This document shows positions 17,057-27,656 of a DNA stretch of 64,000 nucleotides, piece after piece. The stretch is from positions 1-64,000 of the forward strand of contig JAGVXK010000018.1 in NCBI GenBank assembly GCA_018303825.1. Reading direction: 5' to 3'. The notes under the pieces were generated by a model. That model worked only from the letters and a program-made list of their open reading frames with translations. It did not search any database and had not been told where the DNA came from. Source of the stretch: Candidatus Pacearchaeota archaeon. GTDB lineage: Archaea > Nanobdellota > Nanobdellia > Pacearchaeales > GW2011-AR1. The position numbers were made by a program, and so were the translations under genes. How positions within the stretch are numbered: the first letter of the stretch is position 1; each line of letters begins with the position of its first letter.

Positions 17057-19327
17057 ATGGTGTTTAAAGAGGATGCTCCTGTTGGGGCTTTTGAAATTGA
17101 AAAGAAACAGGGGGAAGAGGTGTTATATGCTAATTATCTTAGAGCCAGCTTTGTTCCAAGCATAGCAGATAACCCCGCGATAATGGATTATGTCATAACC
17201 GTACTGGCAGACAATCCAAACATCTCCAGGATGGTATTTGTTCAGCAGAGGAATTACAACTATCCCTCTGAGCAAGTATTGATGCTTTCAGAGATAGCCG
17301 GAATTTATGTTTTCCTGACAAAACAAGAGAATATATTGTCTCCTGAAAAATTGAGCGTGTTTGGAAATGTACCCCAAATTTACCAGGAGATTAATTATTT
17401 TTTGACATTGCTAAGGCAAGACCCAATTGGCTCTTATTTTGAGCTAAAGAGAAGAATTAAGGAGGGAAGAGAGCAGATGGAAAAAAGTATGATGGGAAAA
17501 TCAAGTTTTATGAATTATGTAAGGCTTTTAGAAAGAATTGTTCTTCTTTTGGAAAATTCAAAATTAATAAGATATGTCCTTGCAAATAATGAAACGTATA
17601 TTCCCAATAGCAGGGAGATTTATAAAAAAATTTTTAGGTATGATATTCTTCCTAATTTTAGCTTCACAAGATTAGTTGCACAGATACCCAAAGATGCCGA
17701 ATTGATTGATCAGTATGAAATAGAAGATGATATGGAAAATATAACTGTTACAATATTAAAGAGAAAGAATGAGGGCAAGTATTTTTATCATATTATGCCT
17801 CCAGAATACTCCTTATCAGAGGAGCAGCATATGCTTCTTACTCTTGCTAGAAATGTTCTTGTCGAGCATAGGCCCAAGGCGGAGGAATTCACAGACCCGG
17901 AGAAGACAAGAAACGTTTTCATGAATGTTTCAAAAGGATTGTTAACAGAATTATCTAATAGCAAAGGGATAAGCTTGAATTATCGTGAATTGAATAAATT
18001 AGCTTCTATTCTTGTCAGGCACACTCTTGGATTTGGTTTGATAGAAGTTTTGTTGAAGGATAATAAATTGCAGGACATTGTCCTTAATGCTCCTATCGCC
18101 CTGAATAATGTTTTTGTAAGACATGAAAAATATGATGAATGTGTAACTAACATAGTGCCCAGCTTTGAAGATGCTGATTCATGGGCAGCAAAATTAAGAC
18201 TGCAATCTGGGAGGCCATTAGATGAGGCGAATCCTGTTCTTGACACAGAACTATTGTTTGGGAATACAAGAGCGAGAGTTGCCGCAATAAAGGAGCCATT
18301 ATCTCCGAATGGATTAGCATACGCAATCAGAAGGCACAGGGATGCTCCTTGGACTCTGCCATTATTTATAAAAAACAAGATGATTAATTCTTTTACAGCA
18401 GGTTTATTTAGTTTTCTTGTTGATGGAAGCAGAACTTTGCTTGTCGCAGGAACAAGGAGCTCAGGAAAAACTTCTCTGCTTGGAGCACTAATGCTCGAAA
18501 TAATGCCCAAGTTCAGGGTTATTTTAATTGAAGACACTCTTGAACTTCCTGCTGATTCTTTGAGAAAAAATGGATACGATATATTAAGGATGAAAGTTAG
18601 GTCTGCTCTTGTGCAGGGAACAACCGAAGTAGAAGCAAGCGAAGGAATAAGAACAAGTTTGAGACTGGGAGATTCTGCGCTGATAGTTGGGGAAGTAAGA
18701 AGCGAGGAGGCAAAGGCGTTGTATGAGGCAATGAGAGTAGGAGCGTTGGCAAATGTTGTCGCAGGAACAATACACGGAGATTCGCCTTATGGAGTGTTTG
18801 ACAGAGTGGTTAACGATCTTAATGTTCAGCCCACAAGCTTTAAAGCGACTGATTTAATTATTGTAGCTAATCCGGTAAAGACTCCCGATGGATTGCATTC
18901 ATTAAGAAGAGTAGTGCAGGTAACAGAAGTAAGAAAACACTGGCAAAAAGATCCATTGGAAGAAAGAGGATTTGTTGACTTGTTGAGATATAATGTGGAG
19001 AAAGATGAATTGGAGCCAACGCCTGAACTGATAAATGGAGATTCTGAAATAATAAAGGCTATAGCTGCAAGTGTCAAGGGATGGGCTGGAAATTGGGACG
19101 CTGTTTATGATAATATTATTCTTAGGGGGAAAATAAAGCAGGAAATTATAAATATTGCAGAGAAACTGAACAAGCCAGAAATGTTGGAAGCTCCTTTTAA
19201 CACTATCTCAAACAATGCATTTCATTCTATAAGCGAAGAAGTAATGAAAGAATTTGGGCTTCCAGTAAGCGAGGAAATCTTTCCACGATGGAGAAAGTGG
19301 GCTTTGGACGAGGCTAAGAAATTTTAA
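17057..19327 (+). CDS. Type II/IV secretion-pilus assembly ATPase (VirB11/CpaF/ArlI-like) with long N-terminal extension
   Basis: Walker A GTRSSGKT, IEDTLEL, Walker B LIVGEVR, GTIHG. Confidence 0.92.
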   Translation: MVFKEDAPVGAFEIEKKQGEEVLYANYLRASFVPSIADNPAIMDYVITVLADNPNISRMVFVQQRNYNYPSEQVLMLSEIAGIYVFLTKQENILSPEKLSVFGNVPQIYQEINYFLTLLRQDPIGSYFELKRRIKEGREQMEKSMMGKSSFMNYVRLLERIVLLLENSKLIRYVLANNETYIPNSREIYKKIFRYDILPNFSFTRLVAQIPKDAELIDQYEIEDDMENITVTILKRKNEGKYFYHIMPPEYSLSEEQHMLLTLARNVLVEHRPKAEEFTDPEKTRNVFMNVSKGLLTELSNSKGISLNYRELNKLASILVRHTLGFGLIEVLLKDNKLQDIVLNAPIALNNVFVRHEKYDECVTNIVPSFEDADSWAAKLRLQSGRPLDEANPVLDTELLFGNTRARVAAIKEPLSPNGLAYAIRRHRDAPWTLPLFIKNKMINSFTAGLFSFLVDGSRTLLVAGTRSSGKTSLLGALMLEIMPKFRVILIEDTLELPADSLRKNGYDILRMKVRSALVQGTTEVEASEGIRTSLRLGDSALIVGEVRSEEAKALYEAMRVGALANVVAGTIHGDSPYGVFDRVVNDLNVQPTSFKATDLIIVANPVKTPDGLHSLRRVVQVTEVRKHWQKDPLEERGFVDLLRYNVEKDELEPTPELINGDSEIIKAIAASVKGWAGNWDAVYDNIILRGKIKQEIINIAEKLNKPEMLEAPFNTISNNAFHSISEEVMKEFGLPVSEEIFPRWRKWALDEAKKF

Positions 19328-19331
19328 ATAA

Positions 19332-21500
19332 CTATCCAACTAAACCTGAAAGAGAGATTGCTGCTAGCAAGGTCAGGGCTAAGATTGATATTAATGCAGT
19401 TGCAAGATAAAGATAAATTCCTCTTTTCAGGTATCTGGAAAGGTCATATTTTTCTCTCAAAGGGTCTTTTCCCGAATCTACTGTTACCAATGCAGCCGTA
19501 AGGATGAATATTATTTCAATAAGGTAGATTCCAATTGAAACCTGGACATAGTATGGAGGAATCATTTTAGTTATGTCAAATATTGACAAGATGTTGCCTA
19601 TATTTCCAAATTCTCCGGCAGCACTTGTGCCTCCAGCAAGCTCGGAAATAGCCTGAAGTTTGTTTAGAATAGTGGCTATCATTGAGGAAAGGCCGACAAT
19701 TATTCCAGCGAGCAATGGTGCAAGGAAAGTCATGTTTGATTTCATGTCTGAAACTATCTCTGCTAACAAATCTCTAAGTCTCTGGTTTATTTTTTGGATG
19801 TTCTTCACGTATTCTGATATTGACATTAAAGATCTTGCTGCAATCTGTAGACCTTTCTTTACAGATTCAACCAGGATTTTCATAGAAGTTGAAATCAATG
19901 AAGATGGATAGTATGAAAGAGCGCCTCTTTGTCTGTTGAATATAGCTTCTTCCAGGGACATTCCAGTGCCTTGAATATTATGATTAACAAGAGAGAAGAA
20001 GCTGGAAGTTGTTTGTCCTGTTGTAGATTCTGCCACTTTGCTAAAAGCAATTTCCGCTGGAATTCCATCCCCAATTCTATTGCCAAGCTGAAATAATGAG
20101 TTTGTGAATTCTTCTTCCAGCTTTGCTGTTCCATCTCTTGCTTTTATTAATTCACGGGTTTTCAATTTATAAGCAATTGAGAAGAATAATGCTATGGACA
20201 GAGGGATGAAGAGACCGAGAATCATGGCAATTGGACCGAATGGACCCACTGTTCCAGTGCCGACTGACTTAAAGTCAAACATTTTTGTGTCACCAAGAAG
20301 CTGAATGCCTAATTGAGTGAAACTGTAATCTTTTGCTAGCCCTAACCCCGATAGAATTCCTGATTGGAAGACGAAAGGAATTATTCCTATTATTAATAAT
20401 GGGAATGAAACTAAGAATGCAATTAACCAGGGTCTTTTTGAGGCAAACTTATAATAATTTGGATTTAATTCCAAGACAGAGGTTTCACCATATCCTCCGG
20501 GTCTTTTTAGCAGGACTTCTGAAGTAAGGTAGAAGACAAAAAATGGAATTATTATGTTAAAAATCAAGAATATATGCTGCCATCTTAAAATTCCCTGAAG
20601 CAGAGTTGATGCCAAAGGAAGAAGAGCAAGACCAAGAGTAGGAAGAACTATTCCCAACATATAAATATTTGTCAATGGAGAGCGGATTTCACGGGAATAT
20701 TTCAACATCTTTTCATAAACCCCATCAAGAATTATCTGAAGAGACTTTTCCAATATTTGGACTCTTCTTGACTCACTTGGCTCGAACAAAGAGGATTCTA
20801 TTAAATGGAAAGATTCGATAAATTCGGGAGCATAATCTCTCCAGTTTTCTAAGTAATTGTCCATTGAGGATTTGATTGTTGAAAATTTTCCAATTTCTAC
20901 ATCATAAAATACTTTTTTGAAATCAAGAGCTAGAGGGCCTTCAAGATGTTCTGAAGCAAATTCTATTGCTTTTTCTAAATTAGATGTATGCTTCATGTAA
21001 ACTACCATGTATAAAATTGCAGGAATCATTTGGGAGGAGGCTTTTAATCTCCAGGAATTTGCAATTCTTTGAGGAAGGGTATATGCGTAGTAAAAGATGA
21101 ATACTCCGGTTATGATTCCTAGGAAGGCAAATAACAATATATTTCCTATATCTGTATCAGGGTTTATCAGATAGATAGACAGGGAAGACAAGAGGGTTAA
21201 GAAGAAAACAACAATTAAAGATAACAACGCAAGAGTCATTGCTTGACTTGCGGTTACATCTAAATGGGCTATTTTTAGGGATTTTTCTGTTCTTATTCTG
21301 TCTTTTTCAGAAGGTTTTATCTTTATTATGCCGCCAAGAGATTTCGCCCAGCGTTCATATTTTGTAAGTTTAGGAATCATTTCTTGCTTGAATTTTTCAT
21401 AATCTCTGGAAGAGTTTGTTCTTTTCAAGCCCAGTTCAGATTCTATCTTTTCTCCATATTTTTTCAAGATGTCTTCTGCTGAATTGGGTTTTATTTCCAT
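19332..21500 (-). CDS. Pilus platform membrane protein (TadB/TadC/ArlJ-like, two T2SSF-type modules)
   Basis: 722 aa, two blocks of cytoplasmic domain plus TM helices (NLEKAIEF..G.L; G.PAE.AF); convergent with the ATPase. Confidence 0.8.
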   Translation of the reverse strand: MEIKPNSAEDILKKYGEKIESELGLKRTNSSRDYEKFKQEMIPKLTKYERWAKSLGGIIKIKPSEKDRIRTEKSLKIAHLDVTASQAMTLALLSLIVVFFLTLLSSLSIYLINPDTDIGNILLFAFLGIITGVFIFYYAYTLPQRIANSWRLKASSQMIPAILYMVVYMKHTSNLEKAIEFASEHLEGPLALDFKKVFYDVEIGKFSTIKSSMDNYLENWRDYAPEFIESFHLIESSLFEPSESRRVQILEKSLQIILDGVYEKMLKYSREIRSPLTNIYMLGIVLPTLGLALLPLASTLLQGILRWQHIFLIFNIIIPFFVFYLTSEVLLKRPGGYGETSVLELNPNYYKFASKRPWLIAFLVSFPLLIIGIIPFVFQSGILSGLGLAKDYSFTQLGIQLLGDTKMFDFKSVGTGTVGPFGPIAMILGLFIPLSIALFFSIAYKLKTRELIKARDGTAKLEEEFTNSLFQLGNRIGDGIPAEIAFSKVAESTTGQTTSSFFSLVNHNIQGTGMSLEEAIFNRQRGALSYYPSSLISTSMKILVESVKKGLQIAARSLMSISEYVKNIQKINQRLRDLLAEIVSDMKSNMTFLAPLLAGIIVGLSSMIATILNKLQAISELAGGTSAAGEFGNIGNILSIFDITKMIPPYYVQVSIGIYLIEIIFILTAALVTVDSGKDPLREKYDLSRYLKRGIYLYLATALISILALTLLAAISLSGLVG

Positions 21501-21736
21501 GAATTGCCTCTTTATTAAACAAAGATTAGAACAAAAAGGATATTATAAATTATACGTTTTATTCGCATAAACTTCTATTAAACCAAGGGGCGATAACTGA
21601 TTTTGCCATTGATATTTTATAATGTTAGCTTAACGAATTTTTATAGTTTATCATCGGTATTTTAATTTTTATTATCTTTTAAGTTGATAGAATTACATAT
21701 AAATAGATTTAATAATCCATTTGATTTTGAATCTCA

Positions 21737-21892
21737 ATGAAGAAAAAAGGGGAAATTAGCACAGAGATGGTAGTCTGGATAGTAATAGCCATTCTTGTCC
21801 TGATTATATTTGTCGTGCTTTCCATTTATCTGAGGGCAAAGGGAATTGGAGCTATCGAGTTTGTGAAAAATATATTTAGGTTTGGGAGCTAA
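21737..21892 (+). CDS. 51-aa micro-pilin-like protein, class III signal peptide (not in ORF track)
   Basis: MKKKG|EISTEMVVWIVIAILVLIIFVVLSIYLRAKGIGAIEFVKNIFRFGS*. Confidence 0.8.
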   Translation: MKKKGEISTEMVVWIVIAILVLIIFVVLSIYLRAKGIGAIEFVKNIFRFGS

Positions 21893-21893
21893 A

Positions 21894-22436
21894 ATGATAA
21901 AAATGAAAAAGATGAATAGGAGGGGAGAATCATCGGGAAATGCGGTAATTTTAGGGCTGATTGTAGGTTTACTGGTTATAGTTATTGTCGGCATATTTTT
22001 TTTCAGAAATAATATTATTGAGCTGATTAGGAACATTCCCGGATATAGCGTTGATACGAGAGACAAGGAGGTTTCTGTCGATGTCCCTGCTTTAACCGGA
22101 GATAGTTTACTGTGTAATGCGGCTGCAGTGATTGCGACAATAGACGGCGCAACCAGGGAGATTATATTCAAAATAGATGGGAAGGATGTTCGCCCAGGAT
22201 TTAAAATCGACAATAAAAGGTATCAATGGACTGCTAATTGGGATAATCTTCTTTACATTAAATATACGAAAGGGATTGACAGTACTGTTGCTGTTTTGTC
22301 AGTTTATAAAAATGCAAAATTGATAAAGATTACGGAGTATCCTTCGGATATTGTTGCTGCAAATTATCTTCAACAGCTGGAAAATACTTTTATCGCATAT
22401 AATACTCCGAATTATATTTGCAGGATAAAAATATGA
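21894..22436 (+). CDS. Pilin-like protein, class III signal peptide
   Basis: MNRRG|ESSGNAV plus hydrophobic helix. Confidence 0.75.
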   Translation: MIKMKKMNRRGESSGNAVILGLIVGLLVIVIVGIFFFRNNIIELIRNIPGYSVDTRDKEVSVDVPALTGDSLLCNAAAVIATIDGATREIIFKIDGKDVRPGFKIDNKRYQWTANWDNLLYIKYTKGIDSTVAVLSVYKNAKLIKITEYPSDIVAANYLQQLENTFIAYNTPNYICRIKI

Positions 22437-23128
22437 ACAAGAAGGGAATTCTTATGCCTGAGGTGATGAAGATTATTATTGCGGTAGTCTGCATTCTTTT
22501 TTTGGTTATTCTTTCAGTTCAGTTGTATAATTTGTTTAATTCAAAAACAAGAATTGAGCAGGCGAAAACAAATGCGGAAAATATTGCTTTGAGAATGAAT
22601 GCTCTTGAAGAAGGAGAAAGCTTTACCTATCAATTGCTTTCTCCTTCTGGATATATTCTGACAGGATGGCCTATTGATTCAAAGCTCCCAAGCCAGTGTC
22701 TAAGCAAGGGATGGACGAATTGCATTTGCTTTTGCAAATATTCAAAAGATGCTAATTCTAATTTGAGGAGCGCAGCTCATGCATTCTTTGAAAATAATAT
22801 TCTTACAAATTGGCTGGCAGAGATTAAATTAATTATCACTTTAGGGCAAAGCCTTGACCCTGTTGGGGGTGTTTATGACAGCTGTCAAAGTAACCATGTC
22901 TGTACGGAAGTCAAGGGAAAGACTAATGTCAACAGTGCGAAGTTCAACGATGAATTGACTATCATGGAAGTGCTCAAGAAGATTAGAAAGTCCCAAAACG
23001 ACCTTATTGAGTTTATTGTCAGAATGTCTGAGAGAAAGATTTCCATAAGTGTAAATGATTTAATGCAATATAAGAAAGCAATCATAGTTTCACTAAAGGG
23101 AGGGGTTTACACAATAGAGCCCGAATAA
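22433..23128 (+). CDS. Pilin-like protein, class III signal peptide
   Basis: MNKKG|ILMPEVMKIIIAVV; CICFC Cys cluster; ATGA overlap with the previous gene. Confidence 0.78.
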   Translation: MNKKGILMPEVMKIIIAVVCILFLVILSVQLYNLFNSKTRIEQAKTNAENIALRMNALEEGESFTYQLLSPSGYILTGWPIDSKLPSQCLSKGWTNCICFCKYSKDANSNLRSAAHAFFENNILTNWLAEIKLIITLGQSLDPVGGVYDSCQSNHVCTEVKGKTNVNSAKFNDELTIMEVLKKIRKSQNDLIEFIVRMSERKISISVNDLMQYKKAIIVSLKGGVYTIEPE

Positions 23129-23129
23129 C

Positions 23130-23282
23130 ATGAAAATATTTGATTTTTTTAGAGATTGTTTTGGGAGAAATAGAAAAGGAGAGGGGCACTTTGACACTTT
23201 CTTCAAGATTATTTTATGGCTGATTGTATTTGCAGTCTTGATTGTTGCTTTATACTTTCTTTTGAAGAGATTGACTGGATAA
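23130..23282 (+). CDS. 50-aa micro-pilin-like protein (not in ORF track)
   Basis: MKIFDFFRDCFGRNRKG|EGHFDTFFKIILWLIVFAVLIVALYFLLKRLTG*. Confidence 0.65.
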   Translation: MKIFDFFRDCFGRNRKGEGHFDTFFKIILWLIVFAVLIVALYFLLKRLTG

Positions 23283-23309
23283 AAATAAAAAGGAAGAATA
23301 ATTAACAAA

Positions 23310-24455
23310 ATGATAAAGATGAGCAAAATGAATAGAAAAGGGGAATTGACAACAGGACAGATAATAAGTATCATACTTATCATCATAGGTTTTCTTGCTC
23401 TGCTTTGGTTTGTGGTTTATCAGCTTGGATTCTCTGGGAGGATAGACAAGGATACCTGTCATACAAGTGTTGTTTTAAGGGGCACTTTGCCGTCATTGGG
23501 CGGGGCAGAGCAATATGCTCCATTGAAATGCAAGGCTGAAAAAATATGCATCACAGCAGGATTTATCGGGGGAAATTGTGAGAGTGATTATGGGAATGAG
23601 AAAGGAATTACAAAAGTCAAAGTTAATGATATTGAACAAATCCAGCAATTCATTGCGCAGGATATTGTTGAATGCTGGAATATAATGGGGCAGGGAAAGG
23701 TTAATTTATTCTCACAATGGATTGCTGGCACATATGGGATAGGGAGTGTTTATCCTACTTGTGTTGTCTGTTCTAGAATTGCCTTTGATAGGGAGAAATT
23801 GAGCAATATTGGAATTAATTTAGGAGATATGGATTTGAATAAGTATATGAGCACGCATTTAATTCCCGGGAAGACTATTACTTACACAGACTTTTTTGCT
23901 GGAGAAAATTCAAAGGTAAAAATTAGCGATACAATAACTTTGCCAAAAGGAACAACTATAAATGGAAAAACGAGTTTAATTGCTAGTGATGAAAATGTTC
24001 CGGTGCAAGAGCTTACACAAGAGGAAATAGATGCTCAAATTGCAGAAGAGAGAAAAAATGCAGATTTGCAGTCAAGAGCATTTGCTATTTTATTTATGCA
24101 GATTAGCGCACCAACTCAATTTGGAAGCGCGGCTAACATTGGAAAGACATTATTTGTTGGAGGAGTAAGTTCATTTGTATTGGCTCCTGGAGTCACCACT
24201 TCAGCTGTTAAAAGCGGAGCGAAGTTGTGCACTTCAGGAGGATGGGTTGGTCCTGCGGTATGCGGCGGATTATTGGCTTTAGTAGGAATTGCACAGCAGA
24301 CAAATGTTGCGATAAACAGACAAGTGACTGCAGGGTATTGCGGGGATGTTTCGGTTGGAACAGATGCCAGAAATGGATGCTCTGCTGTAAGAACAGTTCA
24401 TTACGATGTAAGTGAAATAAGCAATTATTGTTCTATAATAGAAGGTATTCCTTAA
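23310..24455 (+). CDS. Large pilin-like protein, class III signal peptide, Cys-rich
   Basis: MNRKG|ELTTGQIISII; several Cys pairs; Gly-rich amphipathic segment near the C-terminus. Confidence 0.8.
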   Translation: MIKMSKMNRKGELTTGQIISIILIIIGFLALLWFVVYQLGFSGRIDKDTCHTSVVLRGTLPSLGGAEQYAPLKCKAEKICITAGFIGGNCESDYGNEKGITKVKVNDIEQIQQFIAQDIVECWNIMGQGKVNLFSQWIAGTYGIGSVYPTCVVCSRIAFDREKLSNIGINLGDMDLNKYMSTHLIPGKTITYTDFFAGENSKVKISDTITLPKGTTINGKTSLIASDENVPVQELTQEEIDAQIAEERKNADLQSRAFAILFMQISAPTQFGSAANIGKTLFVGGVSSFVLAPGVTTSAVKSGAKLCTSGGWVGPAVCGGLLALVGIAQQTNVAINRQVTAGYCGDVSVGTDARNGCSAVRTVHYDVSEISNYCSIIEGIP

Positions 24456-24580
24456 TTAATTAAATGTATTTCTGTTAAGAAGTATGGTTAATTTTATTAT
24501 TGCTATTTTATGATTTTTCATCTATTGAGTTAATAATTAAAAATAAGTAAATTTATAACCTGAAAGTGATTGGATAGGAA

Positions 24581-25003
24581 ATGAACAAAAGAGGAGAGAT
24601 GATTGGTCTGGAAACTTTGCTGTTTTTCCTGCTTAATCTCGCATTTATGGTGGTTTTAATGATATTTATTTTGAATTCCAGCTATGGTGCATTGGTTTAC
24701 GAGCAGACTTATGCAAAACAAATCGTGCTGTTAATAGATGGGGCAAAAACAAATACAGATTTAGGAATTGATATGACTAATGCTATTGAAGTTGCTAGGA
24801 AATATATTTCCACAAATAAAGCAGAGACGAGCGATGAAATATTGAAAAGAGCAATTATAATTGATAAGGAAAAAGGCACGATAACTGTCAGCTTGAGTGG
24901 CCGAGGAGGTTATAGCTATAAGTATTTTTCAGGATATGATGTGAATCTTGAAACTGCAGGAGTTATATTGAAAATAAATGTGAGAGAAAAGGAAAATGCT
25001 TAG
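24581..25003 (+). CDS. Pilin-like protein, class III signal peptide
   Basis: MNKRG|EMIGLETLLFF. Confidence 0.78.
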   Translation: MNKRGEMIGLETLLFFLLNLAFMVVLMIFILNSSYGALVYEQTYAKQIVLLIDGAKTNTDLGIDMTNAIEVARKYISTNKAETSDEILKRAIIIDKEKGTITVSLSGRGGYSYKYFSGYDVNLETAGVILKINVREKENA

Positions 25004-25532
25004 TGTGAATAAAATGAACAAGAGGGGGGGAGAGAAGCTTCTTGCTATTTGGTGGTTTTTTGTCTTAATTGTCATTGGGGTGGGAATTGTTGCCGGAGTT
25101 CTGATATTTTATAATGCTAATGTTGATGCGAGGACCTTAGAAGCACAGGTTCTTTCAGAAAGGATATTCTCTTGTATTGTGAAAGATAACTTTTTTGATA
25201 AGGAAGTTATGAATAATTTTGATGCGATATACAAAAAATGCGGATTAAATGATAAATTATTTACTGGAGACGGAGTTTTTTATTTTAAGATTAGTTTGTA
25301 CGATGGAGATAATTTATTTTACGAAAAAAGCAGCGATTTGAAATCTTTTGAGACTGATTGTGCGATTGCTTCGGAGATGAAAAAGGCAGACTATTTTCCT
25401 CGATGTGTAAAAAGCAGCGAGAATGTTTTGTTTTATGATAATAATGAATTGAAATCACTCAGACTTGAAGTTCTCGCTGGAAGCAATCAATTTGGAAGGA
25501 GGGTAAGTTTAGCAGAAAATGACAAAAATTAA
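24996..25532 (+). CDS. Pilin-like protein, class III signal peptide
   Basis: MNKRG|GEKLLAIWWFFVL. Confidence 0.78.
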   Translation: MLSVNKMNKRGGEKLLAIWWFFVLIVIGVGIVAGVLIFYNANVDARTLEAQVLSERIFSCIVKDNFFDKEVMNNFDAIYKKCGLNDKLFTGDGVFYFKISLYDGDNLFYEKSSDLKSFETDCAIASEMKKADYFPRCVKSSENVLFYDNNELKSLRLEVLAGSNQFGRRVSLAENDKN

Positions 25533-26121
25533 AAACAATAGCAAAACTAACAAAAGAGGGCAGATAGCAAGCACAATGACATGGATGACTGCGTTCATAA
25601 TAATCTTTTTCATAATGATTTTATTTATTACATCAGTTATTATTTTTTCCGGAACGAAAAAAATTCCAGTTGTGGGAAGTGGCGGAAATCAAATTGAAGT
25701 TGAGAAATATGCTGCGGGTGGTTATGCTTTGCAAAGACAGCTCAACAATTTTATAGTATCTGGGATCTCTTATAATAATGCCAAATCGGCCGTGTTAGAC
25801 TTCCTTTTGAATATGAAAAGCCTGGAGGGAGAAGAAGCTAAGGTTTTGAAAGACTTCACTCTTTCCTATTTCAATACCATATCTTCCCAATGCCATGTGG
25901 TTTGTGTTAGTTATTATAAAAATAATGAATTAGACAATGCATTGTTTATGAATACTAAAAAATGCCCGGGCAATGATAAAAATTCTTTGGGAACATCTGT
26001 TGTTTCAAAATACGAATGCAAATATTTAGAAGATACATACAGCAAGGAGAACATACTTTATACAAGTTTCACAAAAGATAATCTTAAAGTGAGTTTGTTT
26101 GAGGGGGCAGCAAATGGCTAA
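25519..26121 (+). CDS. Pilin-like protein, class III signal peptide
   Basis: NKRG|QIASTMTW plus hydrophobic helix. Confidence 0.78.
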   Translation: MTKIKNNSKTNKRGQIASTMTWMTAFIIIFFIMILFITSVIIFSGTKKIPVVGSGGNQIEVEKYAAGGYALQRQLNNFIVSGISYNNAKSAVLDFLLNMKSLEGEEAKVLKDFTLSYFNTISSQCHVVCVSYYKNNELDNALFMNTKKCPGNDKNSLGTSVVSKYECKYLEDTYSKENILYTSFTKDNLKVSLFEGAANG

Positions 26122-26857
26122 ATTTGGCAGTTTTAATAGAATTGGGATGAACAAGAAGGGAGATGTTTCTGTGACTCTTCTCATCTTTATGGCTTTGTTT
26201 TTGGTTATAACCGCCTTGTATAGTTTTATGGTTTACAGCAGAATTAATACAAGCATTGCTGACCCAAGATTTTTGGAAAAAAGCTACCAAAAGGAAGAAA
26301 TGTATAAAATTGAGATATTCACAAAAGGATATGAAAATATAGTAAAAGATTATTATGATAAAACTCAAGATTATCTGTCCGGAAATGAATTAGAAGTGTC
26401 TGGCTTTCAAATCAAGGATGAAAATGGAAATGTTAAAAACATAGATGCTAACAAGGACAAAGAAATGGTTAGTTTCATATCTAAGGAAGACTTTCCTATT
26501 TTTGACGAGATAACAATCAAAGACAAGCAATCAAGATGGTATTGGAGGATTGTTCCTGAATCTGTCAAAGATCAGCAGATAAAGGTTTTGATTAATTCTA
26601 TTTACAAGCCGAAAATAGATGTCAAAATAAATCTTACTGAAATGGGGTTGCATGACTTTGATGAGATTGATTCTGCAGTTAATCAATGTAAGGATTCTGA
26701 TAATGATAAAATAAGATATTGTTTATCTGAAAGATTGGGCAATTTCGATGTTTCAATAGATGTAAAAGATAATGTTAAAACTGCTTTATTCAATACAAAG
26801 AAGAAGTTTTACATAGACAACCAGTTAAGAAAGATAGAGATTAGCGTAAAGTTATAG
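26114..26857 (+). CDS. Pilin-like protein, class III signal peptide
   Basis: MNKKG|DVSVTLLIF. Confidence 0.75.
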   Translation: MAKFGSFNRIGMNKKGDVSVTLLIFMALFLVITALYSFMVYSRINTSIADPRFLEKSYQKEEMYKIEIFTKGYENIVKDYYDKTQDYLSGNELEVSGFQIKDENGNVKNIDANKDKEMVSFISKEDFPIFDEITIKDKQSRWYWRIVPESVKDQQIKVLINSIYKPKIDVKINLTEMGLHDFDEIDSAVNQCKDSDNDKIRYCLSERLGNFDVSIDVKDNVKTALFNTKKKFYIDNQLRKIEISVKL

Positions 26858-26873
26858 GCTTAGCACTGGTGGC

Positions 26874-27005
26874 AAAAAGGTTTGTAAGCGTTTTTGGAAA
26901 GACCTCGAGGAAGTTAAGGTTTTTGCTTTCGCAAAAAGGTTTATAATAAGATTTAGAAAATCTTAAGAAAGTCAAGGTTGCTAACGCAAAAGGTTTATAA
27001 ATAAG
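26874..27005 (+). repeat. Tandem ~55-bp intergenic units with three AAAAGGTTT boxes
   Basis: AAAAGGTTT(G/A)TAA...G(G/A)AAGT.AAGGTT..GCT..CGCA twice, then a final AAAAGGTTTATAAATA about 25 nt before ATG 27023. Confidence 0.6.
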
Positions 27006-27022
27006 TATTTGCTTTAAGAAAC

Positions 27023-27598
27023 ATGCTTAATAAAAGAGGACAGGAAGGCGGCGGAGGCACTAGCCTTGGAATGATTATAAGTATAGTCTTATTGGTATTG
27101 ATTCTCATCTTCGCAGCTTATGCTCTTACTTCCAGCGGGAGAGAGTTTCTCGCAAAAGTTTTCAACTTTAAGGGCGGCACCACATTAGATTCCGTAGTTT
27201 CTGGATGTGCACTTTCTGCTGATTCGCAGGCAACAGACAGTTTCTGCTCTGAATTGAAGTATGTCAATCTTGATGGAAAGGATCAGTATGTTACATGCGA
27301 TTATCTCCGTTCTATTAATAAGCTGGATAAGAGTCTTGTGTGCCTCGGATTAAGCAAGGACCTCGCCAATAACTGTCTTGCTTTAAAGAAGACAGGGATT
27401 ATGGTCAATGGAATTACTATTGTTGGGTTGGAAGTTTGTGTAAAGGATCCTAAACTGGGAGGTTCTACTTGTGAGCAGTTTGGTGGTGCTCAGAAGCTTG
27501 CTACCGAATGCACTACTCTTAAAGGGACAGTAATCTATTCTATGCTCGGTGCAGATAATAAACCTACGGGTTCTGTTTGTTGCAAACTTGTAGTTTAA
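27023..27598 (+). CDS. Pilin-like protein (candidate major pilin), Cys-rich C-terminus
   Basis: MLNKRG|QEGGGGTSLGMIISIVLL; own promoter; higher GC3 than neighbours by eye. Confidence 0.8.
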   Translation: MLNKRGQEGGGGTSLGMIISIVLLVLILIFAAYALTSSGREFLAKVFNFKGGTTLDSVVSGCALSADSQATDSFCSELKYVNLDGKDQYVTCDYLRSINKLDKSLVCLGLSKDLANNCLALKKTGIMVNGITIVGLEVCVKDPKLGGSTCEQFGGAQKLATECTTLKGTVIYSMLGADNKPTGSVCCKLVV

Positions 27599-27656
27599 TT
27601 TAGTTTTATTTTTTGTTATTCATTAATTATTTAAAGGTGTTTTTTCTTTTCTATTA

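Noticed and set aside
2939-27005. Intergenic tandem units as a CRISPR array
   Set aside because: Only 2-3 degenerate units per site, no identical repeats with unique spacers, no cas genes.
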